Shown in pieces: positions 11,721 to 27,080 of a stretch of DNA of 63,982 bases. The notes beneath the pieces were generated by a model. The model did not search any database. It was given only the letters and a program-made list of their open reading frames with translations, and had not been told where the DNA came from. The stretch comes from Zygnema circumcarinatum SAG 698-1b. Its lineage: Eukaryota > Plantae > Zygnematophyceae. The stretch spans positions 1,240,001-1,303,982 of the forward strand of contig CM074812.1 of NCBI GenBank assembly GCA_037447605.1, written 5' to 3'. How positions within the stretch are numbered: position 1 is the first letter of the stretch; each line of letters starts with the position of its first letter. The position numbers and the translations under genes are program-made.

Positions 11721-12119
11721 GCCCGTCCCCGCCCGCGCTGCTCCACCTGCCTGTTGCCGGGAGGGCGGCCGGGCGGGTCGCAGGTTCTAGAGGCCGCCAC
11801 GTGGCGGGCGGAGGCAGCCATTTCGCACGTGCGCAGCCATGGCCGAGCCTCCGCGAGCAACAGCGGGCGGCAGCGCCTTGGCTGGGGGGGGGAGGGAGGA
11901 CCGGAGGAGGAGGTGTACGGAGACCGTATCGAATGCCGTACAATTTGGACATAGCGGCCGTACAGAGTGAATGGGACACCGTACACACATTTTCTGGTTC
12001 ATTTTTTTTTTTTTTTTTTTTTTTTTTGTGGATGATGACGCTCCAAAGTTGCAAACCGGAGACGGAAAGTAGACTTCGAAACGAAGTTTTCCGACTGGTT
12101 TTTGTTTGTTTCCACCGAG

Positions 12120-12360
12120 AAACCCTGCGGTGATCGCTGAACCCGAAACTTTAAACCCGAAACCCACGAGAAACCCTAGCCTCTAAACCCAACCCCTCAG
12201 TCCTAAACCTTAAACCCACCGAGAAACTCTAACCTCCAAACCCTAACCCTAAGCCCTAAACCCTCGAGAAACCCTAAACTCTAAACCCTTAACCCTAAGC
12301 CCTAAACGCACCGAGAAGCCCTACCCCCTACCCCAAACCCTGCACTCTAAACCCGAAACT
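12120..12360 (+). repeat. Degenerate interstitial telomeric (CCCTAAA)-like / telo-box array
   Basis: About 25-30 variants of AAACCCT/AACCCTA/AAGCCCT over 240 bp upstream of TPP-2. A site II-like TGGGCCCA follows at about 12410. Confidence 0.8.
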
Positions 12361-14477
12361 GTTGAACTCCCTCCGCACGTGCGAATCGGTTTGTAATGCG
12401 GATGAAAGCTGGGCCCATTTCCCGTTCATGAAGGACGAGCTTCCTCCCCTTTCCCAACTGCTCTGAAAGTGGCCTCAAACCATCCAGCGGACACTCAAAT
12501 GAACATGGATAAAGACAAAATGCAGAAGCAGTTCGAGCAGATAAGTGTGGCATGGATGGAGGCACGACATTTGAGCATGTCACGAAAGATGAGAGCTTGG
12601 TTTGGGTTGGTTTCATTCAGTTTCGTTAGGTTTAGAATGATTTGGTTCGTGCTGTTGCATTCTTATATGATTTGTTTCTCTATCTACAACGTTCGGTCGC
12701 TATACTCGTTCCATATGGTTTGGTTAGGTTTGCTTCCTTGTGGACATTGGCGGCTGGGGGCTATCAGGAGTAGGACGGTAAGGGGGGTACTGTCTCAGAC
12801 TTGATAGAAACTAACCCTAATTGGAACTGTGCTCCGGTAATGGCTCGATAAGGCCTTTGAGATGGAGTCGACACTACTCTCTATTGAATTTCAATATGTA
12901 CATGATTCGCGAGAAATCGAACCTCCTGTCATGCTGGTCGGTAGAAAGTTAAAGTAGTGGTAGCCCCTGCTTAAATTAAGCCGTTGAAATTTCTGAATAA
13001 TGCAAATTGAATTGACGAGCTGCGGTTGCCCTTACGTGACAGCCAAGGGATGCCGACTACTTACTAAACCATTACCGCCGCCAGTCTTCAGTAGTTTGCT
13101 AGCAGCTAATAACTTCCGAAGTGTGGGTCAGTTAGTAACCATAGTTGCTACCTAAGTGCTTCCGAACCAGGGTTAAATACTAAGTAAGAAATCCCAACAC
13201 GCGTTATTACTAGTAGCGACCAGCAGACGCAGAACTACATGCAAGTGCGAAGGCGTTTGGAGACAGCAGCCATCGCCGCTCAGCTTGGTCTGCCCTCTCA
13301 CTGACTGCCGAAACATCTCAACCACCCGCTCTCCCGGCAAACGCCCTAATGTGGAACATAGGTCTGAAAAAGCAGGTCGAAAGCCCTAAGTGAATCTCAC
13401 AAAGGGTGAGCATTCAATACCACAGGAGTTGGCTGCAAGAACGAGCGCAAGCCCAAAATGATTACGAGCACCTACTTGTTGCTCCCAAGGATAAATGCAG
13501 AGCTTTAAAAAAGGGCCCACTTTACAGGCGCTTAGGCACAGAGTAACACTGCAGACGAGACAAGAACTTCCATTGGCCGAACTGGAGGTGCTCATAATAT
13601 GCGGCAATTCATGAACTGATAGGAAATGGCATTCCACGCCTCTGGCTCTTGAGCAAGATTGGAGGAGGAATTCTGCAAAGATATGACGAAGTTTAGGGTT
13701 CAAGGTTTCTTCTTTGAAGACAGATTTTGACCACAGCCGGCGTTTCTTGGCCACAAATCGACTGGTCAAACTCAGTTTGACAGGCATTGCAGGCCACACT
13801 AACATCCAGAAACATCCACGATTGTACCACTCGCGCAGAAGTGTTACCTCCGTTAGCACATAGTTGCAGAAGATAGATGGACGAATCATATATTAAATTA
13901 ATCGACAAATTGAATCAGTAAAGTACAACTTGAAAGAAAGAAAAAAGAACTTTTACTATACATGTTCGTTAGCCAGTGCTGTGTTATAAGAAAACAGCTT
14001 GGCGTCATCTGCTCTTTACAGTGAGTAGCCAAAGGAAACAAGCTGGAGAAGGGGCAAGCCTGCAACCAAGACGGATCTCATAACCGAAAGCTTGCTTCCA
14101 ACATGTTCTCCTGCCACCAATAACAATAAGGATGATGCCTTTTTCCAGCCGACCAAGGCCGACAAGAGCAAAAAGCAACAAAATTTGTATCCAATGAGAG
14201 GAGCGCCTTGCAAAAAAGTGACCAACCTTCATTTCAGAGAAGCGATGGCATCTCTCCGCAGCGCCTCGCTCCTACCCTGCCATGAAGCCCGGCACACTGG
14301 ATATCCCTACAGAACTCGGACTCCTCAGAGTGGAAATCGTTCATCCTCAGACTGGGGGGTCTTCAATAAATGATGCTTGGTGCAGGAAATCCATCTACCT
14401 GGAAGTTGCTTCTGACGATGTTGCGAGCGAACTGCTCATGCACAGCATGCCGGGTTGAGGAAAAGGAGTTCTGCTGC

Positions 14478-14960
14478 TTACGATACTTCTCTTTCAGGAT
14501 GCTCAGTTTCTTCCCTAATCGTTTCTATGGAGGTTCGCTGCTGCTCAGGCCGCCATATCTCCCCTGAATTGATGGTATCCAGGGAGCGGTCGATGGGCTG
14601 CCACAGCGGCCCGCTCCTATCCTTCTCAAATCCTGGCGAACGCTCCCCTGCACGAGGGCTTTCCCAATATTGCTCCCTCCTCATTAATCTCCTCTTCCTG
14701 ACCAACATCACTACAAGGACTAGCGCGGCAACCAGCAGCAAGACTGCGCCCGATGCAATGCCTCCGATGACGGCGAGGTTTGGCGAGGAAGAAGACGGAC
14801 TTTCTGTGGGAGGCGGCGGAGGGGGAGGGCTTGCTGGAGAGGAGGTCGGAGCAGCAACCCCTGTCCGGCTCTGCTGCAGAAGCCTTCCTGCTCTGCAGAG
14901 GCAAGCTTCTGACAGAAGGAGCCATCCCGCCAGCAGCTTCCTTAGAGACCCCCCCGCCAT
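14478..14960 (-). CDS. Single-pass membrane protein: signal peptide, Pro/Ser-rich ectodomain, one TM helix, short cytosolic tail (160 aa)
   Basis: MAGGSLRKLLAGWLLLSEACLCRAG (signal-like); TSSPASPPPPPPPTESPSSSSP; hydrophobic AVIGGIASGAVLLLVAALVLVVMLV followed by the basic stop-transfer RKRR. A further 3' exon cannot be excluded. Confidence 0.75.
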   Translation of the reverse strand: MAGGSLRKLLAGWLLLSEACLCRAGRLLQQSRTGVAAPTSSPASPPPPPPPTESPSSSSPNLAVIGGIASGAVLLLVAALVLVVMLVRKRRLMRREQYWESPRAGERSPGFEKDRSGPLWQPIDRSLDTINSGEIWRPEQQRTSIETIREETEHPEREVS

Positions 14961-16287
14961 TGCCCCAGTCGCCTGCACTCCTCCTCTGATGCTATATCTT
15001 GCAGGGACGATTGCAGCACGTTCAGGAGCACGGGAAGCAGCCGTCCTTCACTACTGCAGCAAGCAGTGCAAGAAGCCTTCAGACCATTTCCAAATTCTCC
15101 AGAATACAGTTCCCTCTCCGCCTCCCGCTCTCTCACTCTCCCACTCCCCTCCCCCTTTCTCTCTTCCACTCACCTCCCTCAGTCTCTCCCACTCCCCGGC
15201 CTCTCTCTCTCTCTCTCTCCCTCTCCCTCCCTCTCGAACTGTATTACCTTCCGATACCCTCCCTACTACGAATTAGTTGAACACACAAGAAATTATATAA
15301 TTTTTTGAGCACGTGGCGCCTCGCCATTGGACGATGTCCACATAGTTCGATGGAGCCGCGTCGACTCCGGGTCAGCGGCGCGCCGACGACCGAACGACAG
15401 AGGCGGGCAGCTGCCCGGAAACAAAAACGTTTGAATTCAGCCAATGGTGACGCTTCATGACACGTGTAAAGTGAAAGACGTTCACTTTGTTTCCGACGGG
15501 CAGGTCGTTGCGCGCAGCTGTTTGGACGCGGAAAAAGTCGGAAAAAAAACCGCCACTGTTTGTCCGCGGATGGTCAAATTCCGGTCCGCCGGGTGGGAGA
15601 TTCGGGGGCATGTCCGTACTGTACAATGTCGTATCTGGTCAGAATAAAACAAAAGAATCTTTCGAAAGATCCGGCATATCCGATCCGTCCCGAAACAAGG
15701 ACTGGTAAAGATCGATTACCGTACGGAAAATATTTGTCGTCTTCAAATCGACAAAGGTAAACATTTGATTTAGATCCTCTCCCAAAAATCTCGGCGTATC
15801 TGGCTCTTTGCCGTATCTCCGCAGCAAGGTCAAATGAAGTAGAAAGCGACACGTGTCGACTTGGAAATCGGCAGCCCACATGCCTACGCTCTTTCTAAAC
15901 TGTATCTTGACGGGAAACCGCTACAAAGGTCAGACTATAATTTGTTGTTCATCACATACATGGACATAAATTTCTCGATTTGCTTGGAAAACAGAAACTG
16001 GAACAGACTGTAGTTCTCCGATGGAAATACCATGAAGCGTTCCTTTGACGACGACCATTTTCCATGCGTGGCTCGCTGTTCGCCGTTGCAAATGCCCGTT
16101 TGCGATCGTTTTACGGAACTGTATTTGTGACGCTGCCACCATAGAACGCAGACGACCCTGCAGCGACGTCAGCATTCGACTCGCAGTGTGAGAGAGAGTG
16201 TGAGAGTGAGCGAGCGAGAGAGAGTGCGAGAGAGAGCGAGAGAGAGGACGGAGAAGAGGGAGAGGCGGAGAGAGGGCGCAGGACGCC

Positions 16288-20542
<4,255 letters not shown>

Positions 20543-21670
20543 CTGCTCTCTGCCATTGCTCTGCTCTCGTGTATTTAAGAAAATAAGTTTTGTTAAGAAG
20601 TTATCGCTCTGTGAATGTCCGCTTCTACAAAGCTGTTATCGTTAGATCGTGTCACTTTTTGACATTTCCCAAGAAAGTCGAGGTCAAAACCAGTAGATGC
20701 TTTCCTGCTAAATAGACTGGAAGCATGAAATCCATGTTTTTGAAATGCAATTCAAAGTGCAGCGTCAAAAGTTGACACGCACTATTCCTATCACTTTTGT
20801 GGCAAGCTTCGTACCGTACACGAGAGTTTGCTGTTCTTTACATCTGTTATCTGGAAGAGTTTGGAACCAGTACATATCTTTCAACGAAAATACGTAGTGA
20901 AGGCAAACTGAAAACGTCTGCTTACAAAACACATCCAATAAGAAAACATCAACGACAACGAGACCTACTGCGGGCGGCCCTTACTCGAGGCCATACTGTC
21001 AGTATCCCTTTGAAGCTTCAAAACTTCAAGTATAGTTAGTCACACTACCGGGGCGTCTTGCTCCCCCTCCCCCTCACCCCCTTCCTCTTCCGCAGTGCCC
21101 GCTTCTACCGTGCACTGACTGTAAGAAGGGGACTCTTCCAGACTACGGAAAAAAAAGACGGACACAAAGCATCGACTGAATGAACAGAGGAATAAAAATA
21201 AAATAAAATACAGTAATGTCCCATTAAGTGATCAGCATCTGTCGGGATGTACTGGAACATATAGGCCTGACCACTTACAGGGATGCAAACTAGGGGGAAC
21301 CGTGCGAACCTCTTGTGCAGAAATTCAAACTCTCCGTACTATTATTCGTTCGGAGATCTGAGACGGAACGTAAGTTATGGATGAAAAACCAGTAAAATTT
21401 GAGTAAGGAGTAACCGGTTAGTGGGGAGCCAGTCAGGAAGCTACTACTGAAAATCAAAACGAGTTAAATAAAGGAGAGGAGTGACGACAGTCAAACGAGC
21501 GAAGGGGCAAAACGTTGAATTTCAAAAAGAACAGAGAGAGATTCTCTGCAGCATCATTTCCTACAGCCTTCTGGTCTCCTCATGTCAAAACTGAGAAGAA
21601 ACGAAGGCACATCCTTTTCTTTCGGGCCAACCATTGCTTACTCGCCTGCCATGAGCTCGTCCTACGCGGC

Positions 21671-24600
21671 CTAAAACTCAAACTCTCCGTTGGCCTGCAC
21701 AGGAAGGCCAACCGGAAGGTGACCTTCAATACACATCACGACACGCCCTTCATCCCACGATGTTAAAGCTCAAGATTTCATCATCAAGCGGCATACTAGT
21801 ACTATCACCAATACGATGGAGACGATGCTAGAATAAATTACCGATACATGCTAGAATCAAGAAAAGGGTTGGTGTGCCATGATTCGAAACACGGGCACAA
21901 AGGCACGGGAGGCAGAACACTGTCCCGCCCTCCCATTTCGCCAACAATACGAGCAGAGAAATATAGGTTCTGGCAGAGACTTACTCTGTAAAAAAGAATA
22001 TCTTTGCCATTTAAGTGCATGATCCCATCCTTTAGAACACATTTCCACTTGTTCTTCGACCTCGTCACCTACAAAGAAGGAGGAGGCGTAATAGCCATGT
22101 CAGCTAATACAGCAGCCTACTGTCACCCTGGCAGGAGGTGAGGGGGGGGAGAGAGGAGGGAGGGAGGGAGCGAGGGGAAAGAGAGAGAGAGAGAAAGCGA
22201 GAAAGATAGAGAGAAAGAGAAAAAAAATGGAGTGAGGGGGAGAGGGAGAGGGGGGGGAGTAGGAGGTGTTTCTTCGAAGTAAACCAGATAAAAACGCACT
22301 TTGTCATATGTTGCCAGGACATAATGGTCCGTCACAGGATCCTCGGAGCTGGAATTGGGATCATCTACATCATCTTCGTCATCGTCTGCCCCAAGCGGAG
22401 GCTCGTCATCCTCCTCCTCTTCTGCCTCTTCACGGGGAACAGCAGGCGCAGGCTCTACTGGGGCAGGATCTGCGATAGGAAGATTCACCATAGAAAACAT
22501 GCAAAACTCCCTCGACCTCGTCAGCTCCAACATGTATTAGATCTGTCCTAATGTTGAGAGGTGAGGCGCATGCCAAACATCTAAACCGTCGACTTAATCA
22601 GAAAACACCAGCGACACTTTTGTGACTAGATAGTACGGCATCTTTGTGTCCTATCAAAGGGACTTCAATACATCGTAGAAGAATCCCCGCAACGTAAGCG
22701 AGAGACTGTTTAAGGTTTTACCCATGGACGCCTAAGAAAAACTCGTTGACTACTAGGATCGAAGAAGAGGAATCGCTGCCAGACGAAGTTCCCAGGACTG
22801 GGACATCCTATGGATTGTGGCTGGTAGCCCAGCTTCCTCAGCCTTCACCATGCCATATGCAAAAAGAGTGTAGCTCATGAGACTGAACAGAAACTTAATC
22901 ATGTAACGATATACGTACCAGTCGTCTCCCCGGGCTCATTATAGTCCTCCTCCTCGGCCTCCTCCTCGGGCAGCTCATCCTCTTCAGGTGCGCCATCCTG
23001 CAAGTAGCAGCGATGACTGGTCATCATTAGCTGTTGACTAAAGTCCTTCGGAACAGTTTCCCGTGGACTGCTCCTCGTCAATTCATCCCAAGCGGCATCC
23101 TCTTACACGGAAAATGATCATGTCAAACCCTGAAAAGGTATACCCGAGATGGTACAGTAATGTGCTATTCATAGGAGCCGACTTAAATAATAAACCCATC
23201 AAATTGCTCATCTGGATTATACACATTGTAATCTGTAAATTTTCCTAAACTCAAACGTCTGGAAATATCCTGATAGCCAAGAAAGAAAGCAAGCATTGTG
23301 ATTGCGCATAGCACATTGTCCCCTCGCTTACGTCTTCATATGCATCCTCGTCGTCTTCTCCATCCACCTGCGGAATGCAGCCAATCCCACCAGCGGATGC
23401 AGGCCTGAATTCAGCCACTGCATCTCCTTCATCCTTCCGATCTGCATCAATGCAATGCCTCCTCTTCACCATCGCCTTCCACTTCTTCAACCACCTGTCC
23501 TCATTCTGAACAAAACCCACATACAAGTTTGACATTAATAAACTGCTAAGAGTGGACAAGAGGGTCGACTCTCTTCCTTTTCACTTAATAGTGGACCATA
23601 TCATCACAGCCTGACCAAGTTATCGAGCAAGCAAGCACCTCACCCGATGCAAGAGACTGTCCCCACTACACTGTTTGATAACATCAAATAATTTGCCACC
23701 TTTGCTTATGAGAAAAAAGTAGGCAATACCAGTGGCTGGAATACGGAATTATACCATGCCAGAAGCAGCTGATGACGACGATGGCGCTCCCTGCAATCGC
23801 CTGCCTGCATCTTCATCGTTACCGCCATCAACTTGAGGAATATAGCCCTGATTCGCACCATCCAATCTTCTTCGTTTTCTCTCCACCGAAAAGAAATCCT
23901 GGAATGTCAACAAACATTCCCTAAGTACCATTGAAGGGCTAAGCCGGTACATAGAAACTCATACATTCACAATAATGACAACATTTACCACGAAAGAGAG
24001 CATTACGATCGGTAAACAGAGTTTACAGCAATTCATCTTCCCAAACAATTGCAAGGCATGTATGGGGGCTCCGCACAACTTGCTAGGGACTGCTCTGCTG
24101 GTGTACAACTAATCTTCTCTTTCTTAATATCCCGAGCCAAACAAAGAACGCCGGAATGAAGAAGGGTCCCTTCCCTTGGGGCAACTTGCAAGCACATGAC
24201 TGTGCAGGCCTGATCAATGAGCAGACCGTCACATTTACCTGAGTGACACCATCTCCCTCATTATCGTCATCTGCATCAGGCTCCAGTGCTGACAAGCAAC
24301 AACACGAAATACATAACCGCGGTTCAATAGCATGCTCTCAACACAGCTGGGTACATGCATTATCCACAGGTGACCACTTGCAACACACCTGAATATAGAA
24401 GGCATGAAACCGAAGACAGCATATCTTTCAAAACCACACAACTAACCGTCCCAAAATACAGAAAGCCACAGACACATTTCACCGAGGGCATACAGAAGCA
24501 GCAAAGTCTAGAACCTCATACCACAATGGCCACAGGATCAAGGATCTACATCAACAAAATCACCCAAAGAGATCTTGTTCCAACTCACCGTTATTGAGAT

Positions 24601-26272
24601 CAACACCTCCTGAAGGCTTATGCTCCCAGTGCTCGGGTTTGGGCTGCAAAAGCACATAACGAGCTTCAGCTAGTAGAGGGTGTTGGACATGACGCATCAA
24701 GGGAGAAAAAAAAAGTTCTGACTTCGGGAACGGCGTATCAAATGCCCCTTTAGAGTACAGTCGCTTCAAAATTTCTTCAACAACATCAACGATACTTCAC
24801 TCTATGGGAGACTCAAGGCGGACTTATCGATCAAGCAAAAGTTTCAGGGACAAAACAAGGAAGGAAAGCGATAGCCTACCCATAAAGGAGGCACGCAAGA
24901 TCAAAATAAATAGTAAGTAAACAAGAGGAGGAAGTAGTAAAGAACTGGGGGAAGTTCAGAAAAAAAACTGTATTCAGCAAAAACGAGTCAAGAACTCAGC
25001 CATCCCCGACTCAACAAGTCAAGTACCAAGTATGGCTGAGGCCTTCCAAGTGTAGGTTCAAGGTCCATACGACCTCGACCACTGTTAGGAAAAGGCATAC
25101 TCCCATACTGTGCATGCAGAGGCTGCTGGCCCCTGTGAGGAGCCTGCAAAGTACACAAAACGAACTCAAATCAGGTCAGGACGAGAAATCATCCTCCAAC
25201 GTCAGCTCCACATTAGAAGAACATGAAGGAAAAAAGTGCACAAGTGGAGATTCTATTGGCTGTCATTTACAAAAGACGGGCCACCATGTCGAGCATATAA
25301 GAGTGCATAAACTTCTGCTCTCTGCCAATTCTTTTCTTGCTAGGTCCAGATCAATAATTAGGCGAACTCTGCGTCCTCACCGATGCTGCCTGTAACAGTT
25401 CACGCGTTCTGAACTCCTCATCTGCTGGGATATACGGCATATTCAAGTCATGAGCTGCCATTATTCCAGTTCGCATGTTCATATGAGAAGCTCTGGAGGC
25501 ATCATTACGCGCATGGTTGTCTGCTTCACTCGGGGGAGCCAAAATTGCTCCCGACTGCAGCAGCTTCTGCTCCCACAGCTGCAGAAAAACGAAAAGGGGG
25601 GGACAGAGAAGAATAAAAACAGCAGAAAACAGCAAAAATAAACATCAACAAGTCTGAAACACAACCACGACAAGTGAATACGAGTAGCCAGAGTATCCAA
25701 TGGGAGGTAATCTAATAGTCGTCAACTTCGGGGTCACAATTGAGAACACGATGTAACTGAGGTCCTAACGTACACTGAAGATCACCATTTCAAACACTTC
25801 CTCGAGGGAAATATGATGCAGATTTTTCACTCAATCAGCAGTCAACAATGAAGCCCCTCCTCCCCTCCCCACCCCACATTGACTTGTTGTTTAATACCTA
25901 TAAATAGCGGCATTTCGCAAAAAGGACCATCTCTCAGGACATTCTATCTCTCTCTTCCCTCTCACACTTTCCCGCGCCCCCCTCACTCCCTCCCTCTTTC
26001 CCTTCCTCTCTGTATCTCCGTATATCTCTCTCCCTCAGACAATTCATGTCCATACAAAAGTGACGTGATCCAGTAACAAAGGAGAGCATATGTACTTCCA
26101 AATGAGTTGAAACATCAGTAAAGTGAAAGAGGGAAAGGAAGCCGTGCACGGCACTCACTGCTTGAAGCTCCTGAAGCACCGAGTCATCCATCCCCTCACT
26201 CTGAAAGTCTGCTTGAACATTTTTCACCACATCATCAATGACATGAAGGTAGACATTCGTCACGTGTGCCAT
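21671..26272 (-). CDS. TFIIA-L: Transcription initiation factor IIA large subunit (alpha/beta precursor)
   Basis: Exons (minus): 26272-26159, 25578-25404, 24669-24589, 24288-24239, 23898-23755, 23505-23332, 22997-22919, 22469-22300, 22068-21985, 21694-21671; the central exons are less certain. N-terminus VYLHVIDDVVKNVQADF..VLQELQALWEQKL, acidic region, and C-terminus YVLATYDKVTRSKNKWKCVLKDGIMHLNGKDILFYRANGEFEF* are diagnostic. Confidence 0.93.
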
Positions 26273-27080
26273 TCAGAACCCGTCCTCCACAGGGACCCTT
26301 CCTCCGCTGCACCAAAAACTACCAGCAATACCTCCTCCCTCACCTCCGTCCCTCTCTCTCCATACAACAAATCCTCTACACCTCTTCCGCCGCTTCTGCA
26401 CCCACTCCCTATCACTTTTTTTAGAGTATCGTCTCTCCCTCTCTCTCCTCCCCTTCTCTCCCACCCGCTTCCCTCCCGTCCCTCTCTCCCTCTCCCTGCC
26501 GCCCCCCTCTTATACCTACCGCCAAGAAGGTACCGGCAGACAGCCTTTATACAAGGTCCCACTAGCGCCCGCCCCCCTGGCCGTCCAAACGCCATTTGTA
26601 CAAACAATGGCGAAAAGTTTCGAAAACAAAATTTTACCCTCGTTGCCGTCGATTACGAGTGTGTTGCGTATCGGACAGCTAAAAAAAATTTAAGAACTTT
26701 TGGAGAAACAATTTTTCTGCCCGTCCAGCGTGGAAATGTACGGAGCAAGATTATGCTGTTTTGTGACGTCTGTGAACATGGATTACGAGTCAGGTTTCAT
26801 GTTTATGACGTTATAAATTACCAGATTTCTGGCGTTAAAATTGGGGCCCAGTGAGCCGTTTCTATGCTGGACGCGTCCCGTTAAACGGCGAAAGTCTCGA
26901 AATTTGGACATGTGTCGGTCCCTGCACTTGCAAGCGTCCTCTTGACGCCTTCCTTGCAGACCAACCCTCGTCAATAGCAGATACTCATCTGTCAGCTGCT
27001 CATAATGAAATATTACTTTCTTGGCATGCACATATCGAGCATAGCATAGCATAGCATTTGTGACTTAATTCTCAGGATAA

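Larger units (their letters stand above)
1678..11840. repeat. Large inverted duplication (arms about 1678-6266 and 7421-11840) around a spacer of about 1.15 kb
   Basis: The reverse complement of 7421-11840 aligns by eye to 1678-6266, including introns and about 100 nt of 3' UTR. Several ORF-track translations are identical between the arms (e.g. 4270..4506 vs 9113..9349). Confidence 0.95.

Noticed and set aside
13040-13060. CAGCCAAGG, the start of miR169
   Set aside because: Only 9 nt match and no fold-back partner.
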